IMG/VR virus record: IMGVR_UViG_3300048838_000238
Span: 32,001-96,000 of that record
DNA: 64,000 bases
From: a virus
Reading direction: 5' to 3' (one strand)
Shown here in pieces: positions 49,914-58,384 of this stretch (the first letter of the stretch is position 1; every line of letters begins with the position of its first letter). A program made the position numbers and the translations under genes. The notes below the pieces were generated by a model, which saw only the letters and a list, made by a program, of their open reading frames with translations, had not been told where the DNA came from and searched no databases.

Positions 49914-50131
49914 CCAGTACAAGCAGATTTCTGACCGGCTAGTATCTATTCGCTATAGGCGGCAGGATCTTGGTAACACAGTTCCTGAACTGTAACAGAG
50001 CCAGAGTTACTTAGAGGTGACAGCGTTACTACGTCTAGGTTTCAGTTCGCGCCGCTCCCGTTCTGGGCTAAGCTGTCGAGCGTCTAGCTCTCGATCGAAT
50101 GATGTCCATGTCTCAAGGAAGGTCGTCGCAG

Positions 50132-53100
50132 TTACGGGTAAGACTCGACGATCCGGTTGGCAGGCTGCTGCTTGAGAAGCTGAAGAAACGCCTTGGCTTC
50201 ATCGGATAGCTCAGCGCCGGTATCGCTGTCGCCGCATCCCTTGCACTCGGCAACTAGGTCGGAAGCCGACTCCGCACCTGCCTGCGGCGATCCCGCACCT
50301 GCCTGCGGTTTGACCGCACCCGAGTGCCGTCCGGTCATTACCCAGTCGCGGAACTCGTCGATGTGCATGGCGCGGATCGGCCCAACCTTCCAGCCAGCGT
50401 CATAGCTTCCAAGGTACGCGCCGACGGCCCCGAGCTTGCTATTGAAGCCAAGGAACGCCTTGTGCTCGTCGAACTCTCCGGTCTGCTGATCGATCTGATC
50501 CATGACGAAGACAAGTTCGCTGTCTGCGTTCGGCCCGAGAAACACGTCCACGTAGTCTCCGTCAGCGCCGGCGAGCCCGATGACTTCCCCGTAGTGCGCG
50601 GCCATCGTGTTCGCCCACGGCTTGCCGTCCGCGCCGACGCCACGACGCACCGAGCCCTTTGGATTCTCGATCAGGATCGTCAGCCCGTGGAACTGGACAG
50701 CATGTTTCGGCAAGAGTTCAGGCGGTGTCTGCTCGCGGATCATCTGAGATTGCACCATCTCGGTAACTAGCAGCTCAATCTGCTGTCGCGACATAACCGG
50801 CCCCACGCCCTCCGGTGCGCCCAACTCCTTGCTGATACTCGGGAGGTCAGACATACCGGCGGCTGGCGCTGCGGTCTTAGGGTCGCGGATACCGGCTGGC
50901 GGTTGCCCGACCGGCGGCTGCTCGCCTGGCGGTTGTCCATGTGGCTTGCCGGTAGCCGCGTCGCGCTCCGCCTCTTCCTGGATATGCTTGTCCTCGACTT
51001 CACCGTCTAGTTCAGCTTGCGCCTGCCACGTCTTGCGGCTGAGTACCTTAGCGGCTTGGCGGATTTGCCGGATCTGCTCTTCCTCCAGCTTGTTCCTCTC
51101 GTTGATCGGCGGCGCTTCGATCTGCAAGTCGATCGTCCGCTTGAACTCGCGCCATGATTTCTGGCCGGGCGCGAATCCGAACCGCTCGAACCGCCCGGCG
51201 TGGTAGTTAAACAGCAAGACTTTCCAGAAGATTTGGCGGTAATACTGTTTGCGCATTCCTTGCTCGGATCGGCAACTAACGTGAAATCGAGAACCAGCGA
51301 CAATACCAGACGCCATGTTGTTATTCGAATCGTCGCCGGAAATTTGTCCTTCCGACATGCAATTTCCAGATACGGCAACGGTCCCGTGCCTGCGAGTAAC
51401 CATCGTTCCATTCGGAACCGAGACGCACCACACCTTGCCGACGTACTCGCTAATCTGGACGTTGTCGATCGGCGTAAATCCAACACGATCTGCGAGTCTG
51501 AACCTCACCCTCCATTGAGAGCCCTGTCGTCCCCGAACGGTGGCGACGTATCCGCAACGTACTGCAATCTCCTGGACGTCGTCGGCGAGCTGACGGCTTG
51601 CGGTGTGGTACTCCATAACATTGGCCGTTGCGTTACCTCCGTCGCCTTGCCATAGAGCATGTAGAAGCACCTCTAATAGCTCTGGAACCAGCATCTTGAA
51701 TTGGCTAGGGATTCTCTTGTTGCGCGACCCCTCTCCGCAATTCTCGCGAAGCCACAGGCATAGCGACTTGTTCAATACTTCCCATTGGTAAAAATCCGCA
51801 GTCATCTCAGTTTCGCCGATTGGACTTACCCGCTTTGTTCCGGCCGGCGTAATCGATTCAAAAACCTTGTGCCCCAGTAGGTGAATCGACGACTTGATAT
51901 CTTCAAATGCCTCGTTGCCGATTCCCTGGCAAAGGCCAACGCGGTAATTGGCTTGCTCTTTCTGAATTGTTGTCCATCCTTCCGACAGAAAGTGGCCAAT
52001 GAATTTAATGAACGGAATGGCATCAAAGCACTGGTCTTGATACTGACTCGCGTTCTCTCGGCGATATGTTTTATTGGAGACGATCTGCCTCACAGCTCCG
52101 GGAGTTACAGAAAACTCGCGTGCTGTCCCGGCGATTGAACTCCCAGACGAAACCAGTTCTCGAATACTTTCCGCCTTCTTGAAGTTAAGTCGCCCCCTTC
52201 CGTCGACGCTTGGTATCGTGATGCTTTCAGGCTTCCAGCCCTCTTCGCAAGCCATCGCAGTAGGAATAGCGTATTGTCGATGGCGATTCCCTTCGACAAG
52301 ATCCCACGCCGGATAGAACCTCCCGACGTCGAATACACGATCACGGCCCCGTGGCGTCAGCAAATACATGCGATGGTCTGGAGTTACCATCATGTCGACT
52401 TTCGCGTTCTTGACACGGACCATCGGCCCCGCGTAGTCGTAAATATGGATCTTCGTAGGTGCCTGGAATTCAAGTTTTCCAGTCTTTTGATTCATCGTTC
52501 CGATGCGATCATCGCTTGAAAGCTTGTCATATTCCTTCCACCCACTATCCGTTAAGCACTCCGTATCCGTATCGTGGCACCATCGCACAGCCACTTGCCG
52601 CAAGATCCCCTGGACAACGTCCAAGAATGCAGAGCCGCGTTCATGGCCGGTCGGACCCGGTTGGTATTCCATCCCCTCCGAGATGTGCTTATGCGTCCCT
52701 GGTGGGTGGTGGCGCTTCGAGACTTCGCGGGTGCCGTTCTGGCCATAGACGTTTTGCTCGTAATCCGCGTTGTTGCGGACCATCGATTCGACTTGGTCTT
52801 TACTGGTGCCCTTGACGTGCTGAATGATGTAGGCGATCGCGGCCTGCTCGGCTGCCGCTTCCCCTGTGTTTTCCAGGATGCGCGATTGCTGGAGAATCCA
52901 CTTCCACACGGGGTAGAAGTCTGTCATCCCACGCTTCACGTTCTGGAATGAATTGCGCTTGCTGTGCTCGACATAGAGCTTCGGCAAGTAATCCCGTGTC
53001 CCGGTGTCCCATTGAACGCAGTAGCCGATGACATCTACCACGTCGTGATCTGGCGTATGCAGTCCGAACGTGCAATTGTCGGCGTGTTCGCGCACAATGC

Positions 53101-53764
53101 CGAACTTCTCATAGAGCGTGTCGTCGTCCAGCGGTAGATTACCGGTGTCCGTGACGTACTCGGGTTCGATCACGCGAGCTTTGACGCGCCCCGCTTGGTT
53201 CGGATGCAAGCCCAGGAACGTCTCGCCGTCCGCTAGATCGCGGTTGTAGAGTTCCTTGTCGAGGTTACCTGTGAACTTGTTGTCCTCGTCGAACTCGTCG
53301 ATCACGTCTTGGACTTCTTCTAGCAGTCCGTCCGGTGTCTGCTTGCCGCGCCTCGCAATGGCCTTATAGATGTAGCCGTCGCCGATCACGTAGTCCGTGA
53401 GCGTCTTGACGATGCCTACCCCGACGGATTCTGCGGTTGTGACCAGTCGCGCGAAGGCGCGTTGCTGCCGCAGGTCTTCCTCGGTCATCACGAACGGGGC
53501 GTTATTGCCGTCGCGGCGCTCGGTCAGACCGCCCATCGCCAGCCCGCCGCCGCCGAAGCCGCCGTTCGCACCTCCCCAGAAATTCGGCAGCCAATCCATG
53601 CGATTGACGGTCTTGATGGCGCTCTCGGATATGCCGAGTTGCCGTTCCAGACCTTGCTTCTTAACGCTCAGTTCGAGGTCGCGGACTTGCCGCTCCAGGG
53701 TTGCCGAGCCGCCGTTATCCGACCCGCTGGCTGCGCCACCTGACTTTTTCCTACGTCGCGACAT
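50132..53764 (-). CDS. Portal protein with an intein and a C-terminal inorganic-pyrophosphatase-like domain
   Basis: After TerL; DYVIGDG, DGETFL, VIEPE, KRG..D and NMAS portal motifs; intein; IENPKGS..., HYG, GADGD.VDVFLG and FDEHK. Confidence 0.85.
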   Translation of the reverse strand: MSRRRKKSGGAASGSDNGGSATLERQVRDLELSVKKQGLERQLGISESAIKTVNRMDWLPNFWGGANGGFGGGGLAMGGLTERRDGNNAPFVMTEEDLRQQRAFARLVTTAESVGVGIVKTLTDYVIGDGYIYKAIARRGKQTPDGLLEEVQDVIDEFDEDNKFTGNLDKELYNRDLADGETFLGLHPNQAGRVKARVIEPEYVTDTGNLPLDDDTLYEKFGIVREHADNCTFGLHTPDHDVVDVIGYCVQWDTGTRDYLPKLYVEHSKRNSFQNVKRGMTDFYPVWKWILQQSRILENTGEAAAEQAAIAYIIQHVKGTSKDQVESMVRNNADYEQNVYGQNGTREVSKRHHPPGTHKHISEGMEYQPGPTGHERGSAFLDVVQGILRQVAVRWCHDTDTECLTDSGWKEYDKLSSDDRIGTMNQKTGKLEFQAPTKIHIYDYAGPMVRVKNAKVDMMVTPDHRMYLLTPRGRDRVFDVGRFYPAWDLVEGNRHRQYAIPTAMACEEGWKPESITIPSVDGRGRLNFKKAESIRELVSSGSSIAGTAREFSVTPGAVRQIVSNKTYRRENASQYQDQCFDAIPFIKFIGHFLSEGWTTIQKEQANYRVGLCQGIGNEAFEDIKSSIHLLGHKVFESITPAGTKRVSPIGETEMTADFYQWEVLNKSLCLWLRENCGEGSRNKRIPSQFKMLVPELLEVLLHALWQGDGGNATANVMEYHTASRQLADDVQEIAVRCGYVATVRGRQGSQWRVRFRLADRVGFTPIDNVQISEYVGKVWCVSVPNGTMVTRRHGTVAVSGNCMSEGQISGDDSNNNMASGIVAGSRFHVSCRSEQGMRKQYYRQIFWKVLLFNYHAGRFERFGFAPGQKSWREFKRTIDLQIEAPPINERNKLEEEQIRQIRQAAKVLSRKTWQAQAELDGEVEDKHIQEEAERDAATGKPHGQPPGEQPPVGQPPAGIRDPKTAAPAAGMSDLPSISKELGAPEGVGPVMSRQQIELLVTEMVQSQMIREQTPPELLPKHAVQFHGLTILIENPKGSVRRGVGADGKPWANTMAAHYGEVIGLAGADGDYVDVFLGPNADSELVFVMDQIDQQTGEFDEHKAFLGFNSKLGAVGAYLGSYDAGWKVGPIRAMHIDEFRDWVMTGRHSGAVKPQAGAGSPQAGAESASDLVAECKGCGDSDTGAELSDEAKAFLQLLKQQPANRIVESYP
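51362..52579 (-). mobile_element. LAGLIDADG-type intein (406 aa) in the portal
   Basis: W|CHDTDTECLTDSGW N-splice; VTPDHRM block B; IGHFLSEG and LHALWQGDG; VWCVSVPNG...SGN|C C-splice. Confidence 0.92.
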
Positions 53765-53767
53765 GCG

Positions 53768-53947
53768 TTACCCCGGCTGTTGGTCTGTTGGTGCCTTGGC
53801 GGATTCAAAGATCCGGCGTACCGTCCAGCGGCTGACACCGGCCGCTTCCGCAATCGCCTGCTTCGATAAGTCCGTTTCCGACAACATCTTGAGTATCTTC
53901 CGCTCCGTCGGCTTGGGAGTCTTGTTGCCTCGCCCTCGTTTCAGCAC
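53768..53947 (-). CDS. 59-aa HTH DNA-binding protein (absent from the ORF track)
   Basis: Manual translation MLKRGRGNKTPKPTERKILKMLSETDLSKQAIAEAAGVSRWTVRRIF...; GGAG RBS. Confidence 0.7.
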   Translation of the reverse strand: MLKRGRGNKTPKPTERKILKMLSETDLSKQAIAEAAGVSRWTVRRIFESAKAPTDQQPG

Positions 53948-53962
53948 GCCGCGTCTCCGTGA

Positions 53963-53981
53963 CTATCTCATAGTGATATAG
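53963..53981. promoter_or_regulatory. Palindromic operator copy CTATCTC-N5-GATATAG
   Basis: 1 mismatch; 15 bp upstream of the HTH gene. Confidence 0.75.
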
Positions 53982-54005
53982 CGTTAGTATAGGCGACGAA
54001 CTGCT

Positions 54006-54455
54006 TTAGAGCTGGCGCGGCAGTTCTCCAGAGAACTCGTACTCCCGGTACAGCGTGCCGCGCTCAGTCCGCTTCGTGACGTGGTCATAAAGATCCGCAT
54101 GGCCGCAGCCGTAGCGGCAAGCAACATGCGGCGGATGCTGGTCTAGCGTTATCACTTGGCCGCCCATGCCGCCGCCAATGAAACGAATCGGCCCGCCGTC
54201 CGACCTTGGCTGAAAGAGCAGGAACTCGCCATCCGGTATTCGGTAGCAGATCACCACTGGATGCGCGAACAACCTTCCTGATTCGTAACAGTACGGACTA
54301 GCGCCTATCAGGAAGTACGCTTCCATGAGTAGGTGTTCCGTTGCTGGGCTGAATCGGATCGGCAAATCCGCTGGCACCTTTGGCAGATCGTAGAAGCGGC
54401 ACCAGCGCTGACACTCCCGCCAATACTGACTCAGAAGATCCGTCATGGCAGCCAC
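54006..54455 (-). CDS. Hypothetical protein
   Basis: 149 aa ORF between TerL and portal. Confidence 0.5.
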   Translation of the reverse strand: MAAMTDLLSQYWRECQRWCRFYDLPKVPADLPIRFSPATEHLLMEAYFLIGASPYCYESGRLFAHPVVICYRIPDGEFLLFQPRSDGGPIRFIGGGMGGQVITLDQHPPHVACRYGCGHADLYDHVTKRTERGTLYREYEFSGELPRQL

Positions 54456-54518
54456 CTTGATTGCGCCTTTGCTGGCATCCTTGCTTGCATTACTGGACCC
54501 ATCCGCTTGCTTAGCCGA

Positions 54519-56639
54519 CTAACCGAATCTCGGCTTCTCCATCGTGCCCTTGGACCAGTGAAGGCATACGGCGAACGCGGTTCCAAGCGGCAAAGAGTCG
54601 CCGTGTTCCATGATATAGCCGCCCGAACTCCGCTCTTTGATTTCCAGCGAACACAACTCCCCGAACAGATCACGATCGGTGTACAAGTCCATTAGATGCT
54701 GTCGAGTCTTTGCCAACAGCGTCGTGGCGGACTTGGCGCGGTTGGTATTATCCATCGGGAACGGATAAGTAATCATCCCGACGCTTCTCAGGAGACCGGC
54801 CAGATCATCGCACTGCGTCGGATCGTACGCGATGCCGAGACACCGGAGCCGCTTGCCGTGCGTCATCACGTGCGCCGCGATCTCGGACACGTCCACCCTC
54901 TGGGTGTCAGGCGTTCGCTGCCACCGCTGAGCGTGCAATATGACGATACGCTGTCGCTGGTCATCCGTTCCCATCACCACAAACGCGGCGTCGGTCAAGG
55001 TCCGGTTGCAGAAGAGCGCCCCGACTGCGGCGTTGTACGGGTGACGATCTTCAATCCAAGGACCGTCCAGCACGGCCATCGCCTCCAAGTCCGCTGGTTC
55101 GACTCGGATAAACGATTGCCGCATGAGCCGCCGGTACATGCCCGAAGCTGCGTCCACCATATCGTCATGTGTGCCGTTGGGAAATAGCTCGTGCTCCGCG
55201 ATGAACTTATCCGTCCACTCGTCCTCGACAACGTACACTTCACCGTTTTCAACGGCGATTGAATACGATTCGGCGCGTTGTGACTTGCTACCGCGTGGAT
55301 GCTCGGTATCGAACCGGAGCCCCTTGAGTGCGGGCGTGGTCATGGCGGTTTGATATTTGTTGTCCTCTTCGATAACCGTCTGGACTAGCGCGCCGTAGTC
55401 GCGGTCATCTTCCGAAGATGTACTGGCGATGGAGCTTACGACTCCACGAGGGGACGCCTGTTCGTGCTTAACGTCCACGATGTAGACCTTGCGCCCGCAC
55501 CGGCCACCGAGAACGCCAGCCGTTGGGTCGCCGGTGACGGTCTGGGATGTGTCCCAATAACGAACCAGTTCATCGAACGACGCTGGCAGTTCGCTCCTTG
55601 CGATCCTCTCGAACTTGTCGACCTTAAAGAATCCGCCTTCATTCGGCGATGGGCGCTGTTGAAACTGACCGGCCCGGCCGTATTCCCCAAGCGGCTTGCC
55701 GATCCGATTAACGGTGGCTTCGCTCATGTAGTTCGGGTCGATCAACTGCCCTTCTTCGGTGCGAGGATCGAACTGCCGAGAGTACGATATGAACGGGTGA
55801 TTCCGCTCGAATCGCATCGGGAAGCACAGGTGGACGTAGCCGTAATCTTCTAATTCGTTGGCGATGATATGCCCGCTCAAGTCATCCTGACCGAGTCGCT
55901 GCATATCGACGACCCGAGACACGTCTCGGGTGGCACCGCGAGTAGGCATTTCGCGAGTCCACCAACTGATAACCTCTTTCAGCTTGGCCTTACTTTCCAG
56001 CCGTTGCGGGTTGTGCGCGTCGTCCACGACGATGCGGTCTGGGTGCTGTCCGGTTGCACCGGTGCCGGATGTTCCAGCACTGCGAAAGCCGCCCCTTGTC
56101 GTGTTGTATAACGTCCGCTGATTCTGGTCGTGCGACAGCGCAAAGCGGTCCCCCCAATGGCCTTGATACCACGCGCTATCCATCAGCGTCCGGCATTTCA
56201 GGGAATCACGAGTCGACAACTCTTGGTCGTAGGAGAAGAACATCCAACGGGTATCGGCGCGGTCGCGCGGCCCCCACTCCCACATTGGCCAGAACACGCA
56301 GCACGATAGCGACTTGGTAAATCCCGGCGGGACGTTAATCAGCAGATTCTTGATCTGCCCCAACGACACCGCTTCCAAGTGTTCCGCCACACAGTCCACG
56401 ATCCAGGTCCGCTTGAACGGGACTGTCGGTTCCAGGACTTTCCAGCCCTGTGCCATGAATTCGATCAGCCGCGACTCCGCCAACTCCCGATTCGTCTGGA
56501 AGTCCTGCATCTGCTTCAGGACATCCGCCCTCTGCCAGCAAGGCATCTGCTCCAGGAGGAAGGCTGATGCCGAGGCGCTGAGCGAGAAGAGTAACTCGAT
56601 TTCGTCGTTGCTCAACGGAGACGTAGTGCTCATGGACAT
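54519..56639 (-). CDS. terL: Terminase large subunit with an extra C-terminal RNase H-like domain
   Basis: LLINVPPGFTKS (Walker A), IVVDD (Walker B), QFQQRP, RYWD and HDDMVDA, then about 200 extra aa. Confidence 0.92.
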   Translation of the reverse strand: MSMSTTSPLSNDEIELLFSLSASASAFLLEQMPCWQRADVLKQMQDFQTNRELAESRLIEFMAQGWKVLEPTVPFKRTWIVDCVAEHLEAVSLGQIKNLLINVPPGFTKSLSCCVFWPMWEWGPRDRADTRWMFFSYDQELSTRDSLKCRTLMDSAWYQGHWGDRFALSHDQNQRTLYNTTRGGFRSAGTSGTGATGQHPDRIVVDDAHNPQRLESKAKLKEVISWWTREMPTRGATRDVSRVVDMQRLGQDDLSGHIIANELEDYGYVHLCFPMRFERNHPFISYSRQFDPRTEEGQLIDPNYMSEATVNRIGKPLGEYGRAGQFQQRPSPNEGGFFKVDKFERIARSELPASFDELVRYWDTSQTVTGDPTAGVLGGRCGRKVYIVDVKHEQASPRGVVSSIASTSSEDDRDYGALVQTVIEEDNKYQTAMTTPALKGLRFDTEHPRGSKSQRAESYSIAVENGEVYVVEDEWTDKFIAEHELFPNGTHDDMVDAASGMYRRLMRQSFIRVEPADLEAMAVLDGPWIEDRHPYNAAVGALFCNRTLTDAAFVVMGTDDQRQRIVILHAQRWQRTPDTQRVDVSEIAAHVMTHGKRLRCLGIAYDPTQCDDLAGLLRSVGMITYPFPMDNTNRAKSATTLLAKTRQHLMDLYTDRDLFGELCSLEIKERSSGGYIMEHGDSLPLGTAFAVCLHWSKGTMEKPRFG

Positions 56640-56910
56640 GGTGTACTTCCGCCGGATTCTTGCTCTGCTCTTCCTTCATTTGCAGGCTTTCGCGTTGGAT
56701 GTTGTTCCGATCGGCTGCGATCAATACCCGCGCGGCTGCGATCTGGCTGCGCTCCGACTCCCCGGCTACTGCCACATTGGTCATCTTTGCCATGATGGCT
56801 TGCCGGACCAACGGCGAGATTGGCCAGCCGTTCTTGATGGCGCGCTCGATAAGCTGCATATCGCTGCGGCTGGTCTTGTCGTCCGGCGATGGCGCGGCCT
56901 GATCTGTCAT
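56335..56910 (-). CDS. terS: Terminase small subunit (putative)
   Basis: Helical protein (RAIKNGWPI, RSQIAAARVLI) just upstream of and overlapping TerL. Confidence 0.6.
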   Translation of the reverse strand: MTDQAAPSPDDKTSRSDMQLIERAIKNGWPISPLVRQAIMAKMTNVAVAGESERSQIAAARVLIAADRNNIQRESLQMKEEQSKNPAEVHHVHEHYVSVEQRRNRVTLLAQRLGISLPPGADALLAEGGCPEADAGLPDESGVGGVAADRIHGTGLESPGTDSPVQADLDRGLCGGTLGSGVVGADQESAD

Positions 56911-57464
56911 GCACCAGCATCCCACGAATGGCCACAATGTGGACAGGTAATTACTTCCGCCGCACCGGCCGCCGGCGTATCTGGCGGCAAGTCTTCTGGG
57001 ATATCGAGCACTGCCAGCAGTCCGTTGTCTTCGGCTAGCTGCGTGAGCATTTCCGCTAGAGCGCCGTTACCGGTCTGAACTGATCTCAGCAGTTCATCGA
57101 GCTTCTGCGCATCGGCTTCCGCCATAGCGGCAAGAGGATCTTTGGTAAGAGTGGCCTTGCGGGCTTCCGCCTCGTCGAAGTCGGTCACGTTGACTTCGAT
57201 CTCGCAATCGGGACCGTACTTTGCCAGCAGGTGTTTCTTCCGCAAATGCCCGTCACAGAGCTTGATTCGTCCCGGCTCCGGTTCGAATGTATCGGGGTAC
57301 GAATACCAACCTAGCTCATCGATCGCGCCCTCTAAAGCATCTTGCTGAGCTTGCGGATGCGTCCGAAAGTTCCATTCGGCATCCTCGATATCGGCGACCC
57401 GTACTAGACGGATACCGATGTTCCGTGTCCGCAGTTCCGGCTTGGCTTCCGTGCCTTCTGCCAT
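56907..57464 (-). CDS. ParB-like N-terminal domain protein with a C-terminal zinc ribbon
   Basis: WNFRTHP..Q..AL..AI.ELGW, DGHLR and TCPHCGH. Confidence 0.8.
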   Translation of the reverse strand: MAEGTEAKPELRTRNIGIRLVRVADIEDAEWNFRTHPQAQQDALEGAIDELGWYSYPDTFEPEPGRIKLCDGHLRKKHLLAKYGPDCEIEVNVTDFDEAEARKATLTKDPLAAMAEADAQKLDELLRSVQTGNGALAEMLTQLAEDNGLLAVLDIPEDLPPDTPAAGAAEVITCPHCGHSWDAGA

Positions 57465-57594
57465 CTATTTCAACCCCCTGACCCCCGGCTGAATCACTGA
57501 TCTTCTCGGGTGCCATCGTCCATGTTTTAATTACTCGGTTCGACCGTTATACAACCCGCGTTACAACTACTTACGGGGCGGTCAGTTGCACCGA

Positions 57595-57613
57595 TTATAG
57601 CATGGTGATATAG
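57595..57613. promoter_or_regulatory. Palindromic operator copy TTATAGC-N5-GATATAG
   Basis: 2 mismatches; between the Cas operon and the packaging genes. Confidence 0.65.
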
Positions 57614-57625
57614 GTCGCGACGGAG

Positions 57626-58384
57626 TTAAACAGCCGAGACTCGCCCCTTACCTGCTTGTGCCAGCAGCCTGTTAATCACGTCTTGGTAGTATTCTTTTTC
57701 CCACTCGGCGCGGCCTCCGCCGGCGCCGTGGGTGTCTCCGATCTCGGCCACCCGCAGTCTTTCTCGTGGCCAACGGCCGCCTCCCAGCATCGCATAAGCA
57801 GGGTGAATAGGCAGGTCGTGGATGGCTAGATATCCGAATACATCGGCCGTGTTCCATCGTCCAATCGGCGAGCAGCCTTTAGGGCTGTTCAGTCCCCAGC
57901 GTAGCATCCGAATCCTCCTGCCGCTTGACTCATCTGCGCGGATACCAAGGATGTGCCGTCCGCTGTATGGCTTCTCGAATCTCCGAATCTCCGCGTACCA
58001 TATCTTGTCGGTGAGTTTATCGACGTCCTGATGAGGAGCGTTGCGATCGATGCCGACGTAGTCGACGTCAACTTCCTGATACAGTTGCCCAGGGAATTGG
58101 CTGAAGTAGGCATCGCGAACCGCGTCACAATCCGGGTTATGGTTTGTCGGGCGCAAGTGCATTAACGGGACGTGACGTGCCACTTTCCACAACAGATGGG
58201 CAATGACAACGCTATCTTTGCCCCACGAAATTCCTGCGTAGCAATGGCCGTCGCCGATGAACTCAGTGATCGCGCCGATGGATTGCCGTTCACGACCATC
58301 AACCTCTCTAAGACGATCGCTTTCGGCGTATTCTTTCCACAATAGTAGGTCGCCCGGACGATGCCGTTCACTCTGTATCAGCAT
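57626..58384 (-). CDS. cysH: CysH-like PAPS reductase family protein of the type IV-B kind
   Basis: ISWGKDS PP-loop, GIRADES..R, PI.RW...DVFGYL..HDLP.HPAY; no C-terminal ECGLH. Confidence 0.85.
   Translation of the reverse strand: MLIQSERHRPGDLLLWKEYAESDRLREVDGRERQSIGAITEFIGDGHCYAGISWGKDSVVIAHLLWKVARHVPLMHLRPTNHNPDCDAVRDAYFSQFPGQLYQEVDVDYVGIDRNAPHQDVDKLTDKIWYAEIRRFEKPYSGRHILGIRADESSGRRIRMLRWGLNSPKGCSPIGRWNTADVFGYLAIHDLPIHPAYAMLGGGRWPRERLRVAEIGDTHGAGGGRAEWEKEYYQDVINRLLAQAGKGRVSAV

Noticed and set aside
57465-57625. Intergenic gap after the Cas operon as a possible mini CRISPR array
   Set aside because: No repeat of 20 nt or more; only short TACAAC duplicates and one operator copy
57626-58384. 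CysH as an auxiliary sulfate-assimilation gene
   Set aside because: It lacks the C-terminal catalytic ECGLH, and its context is Cas/IbrAB/terminase rather than a cys operon
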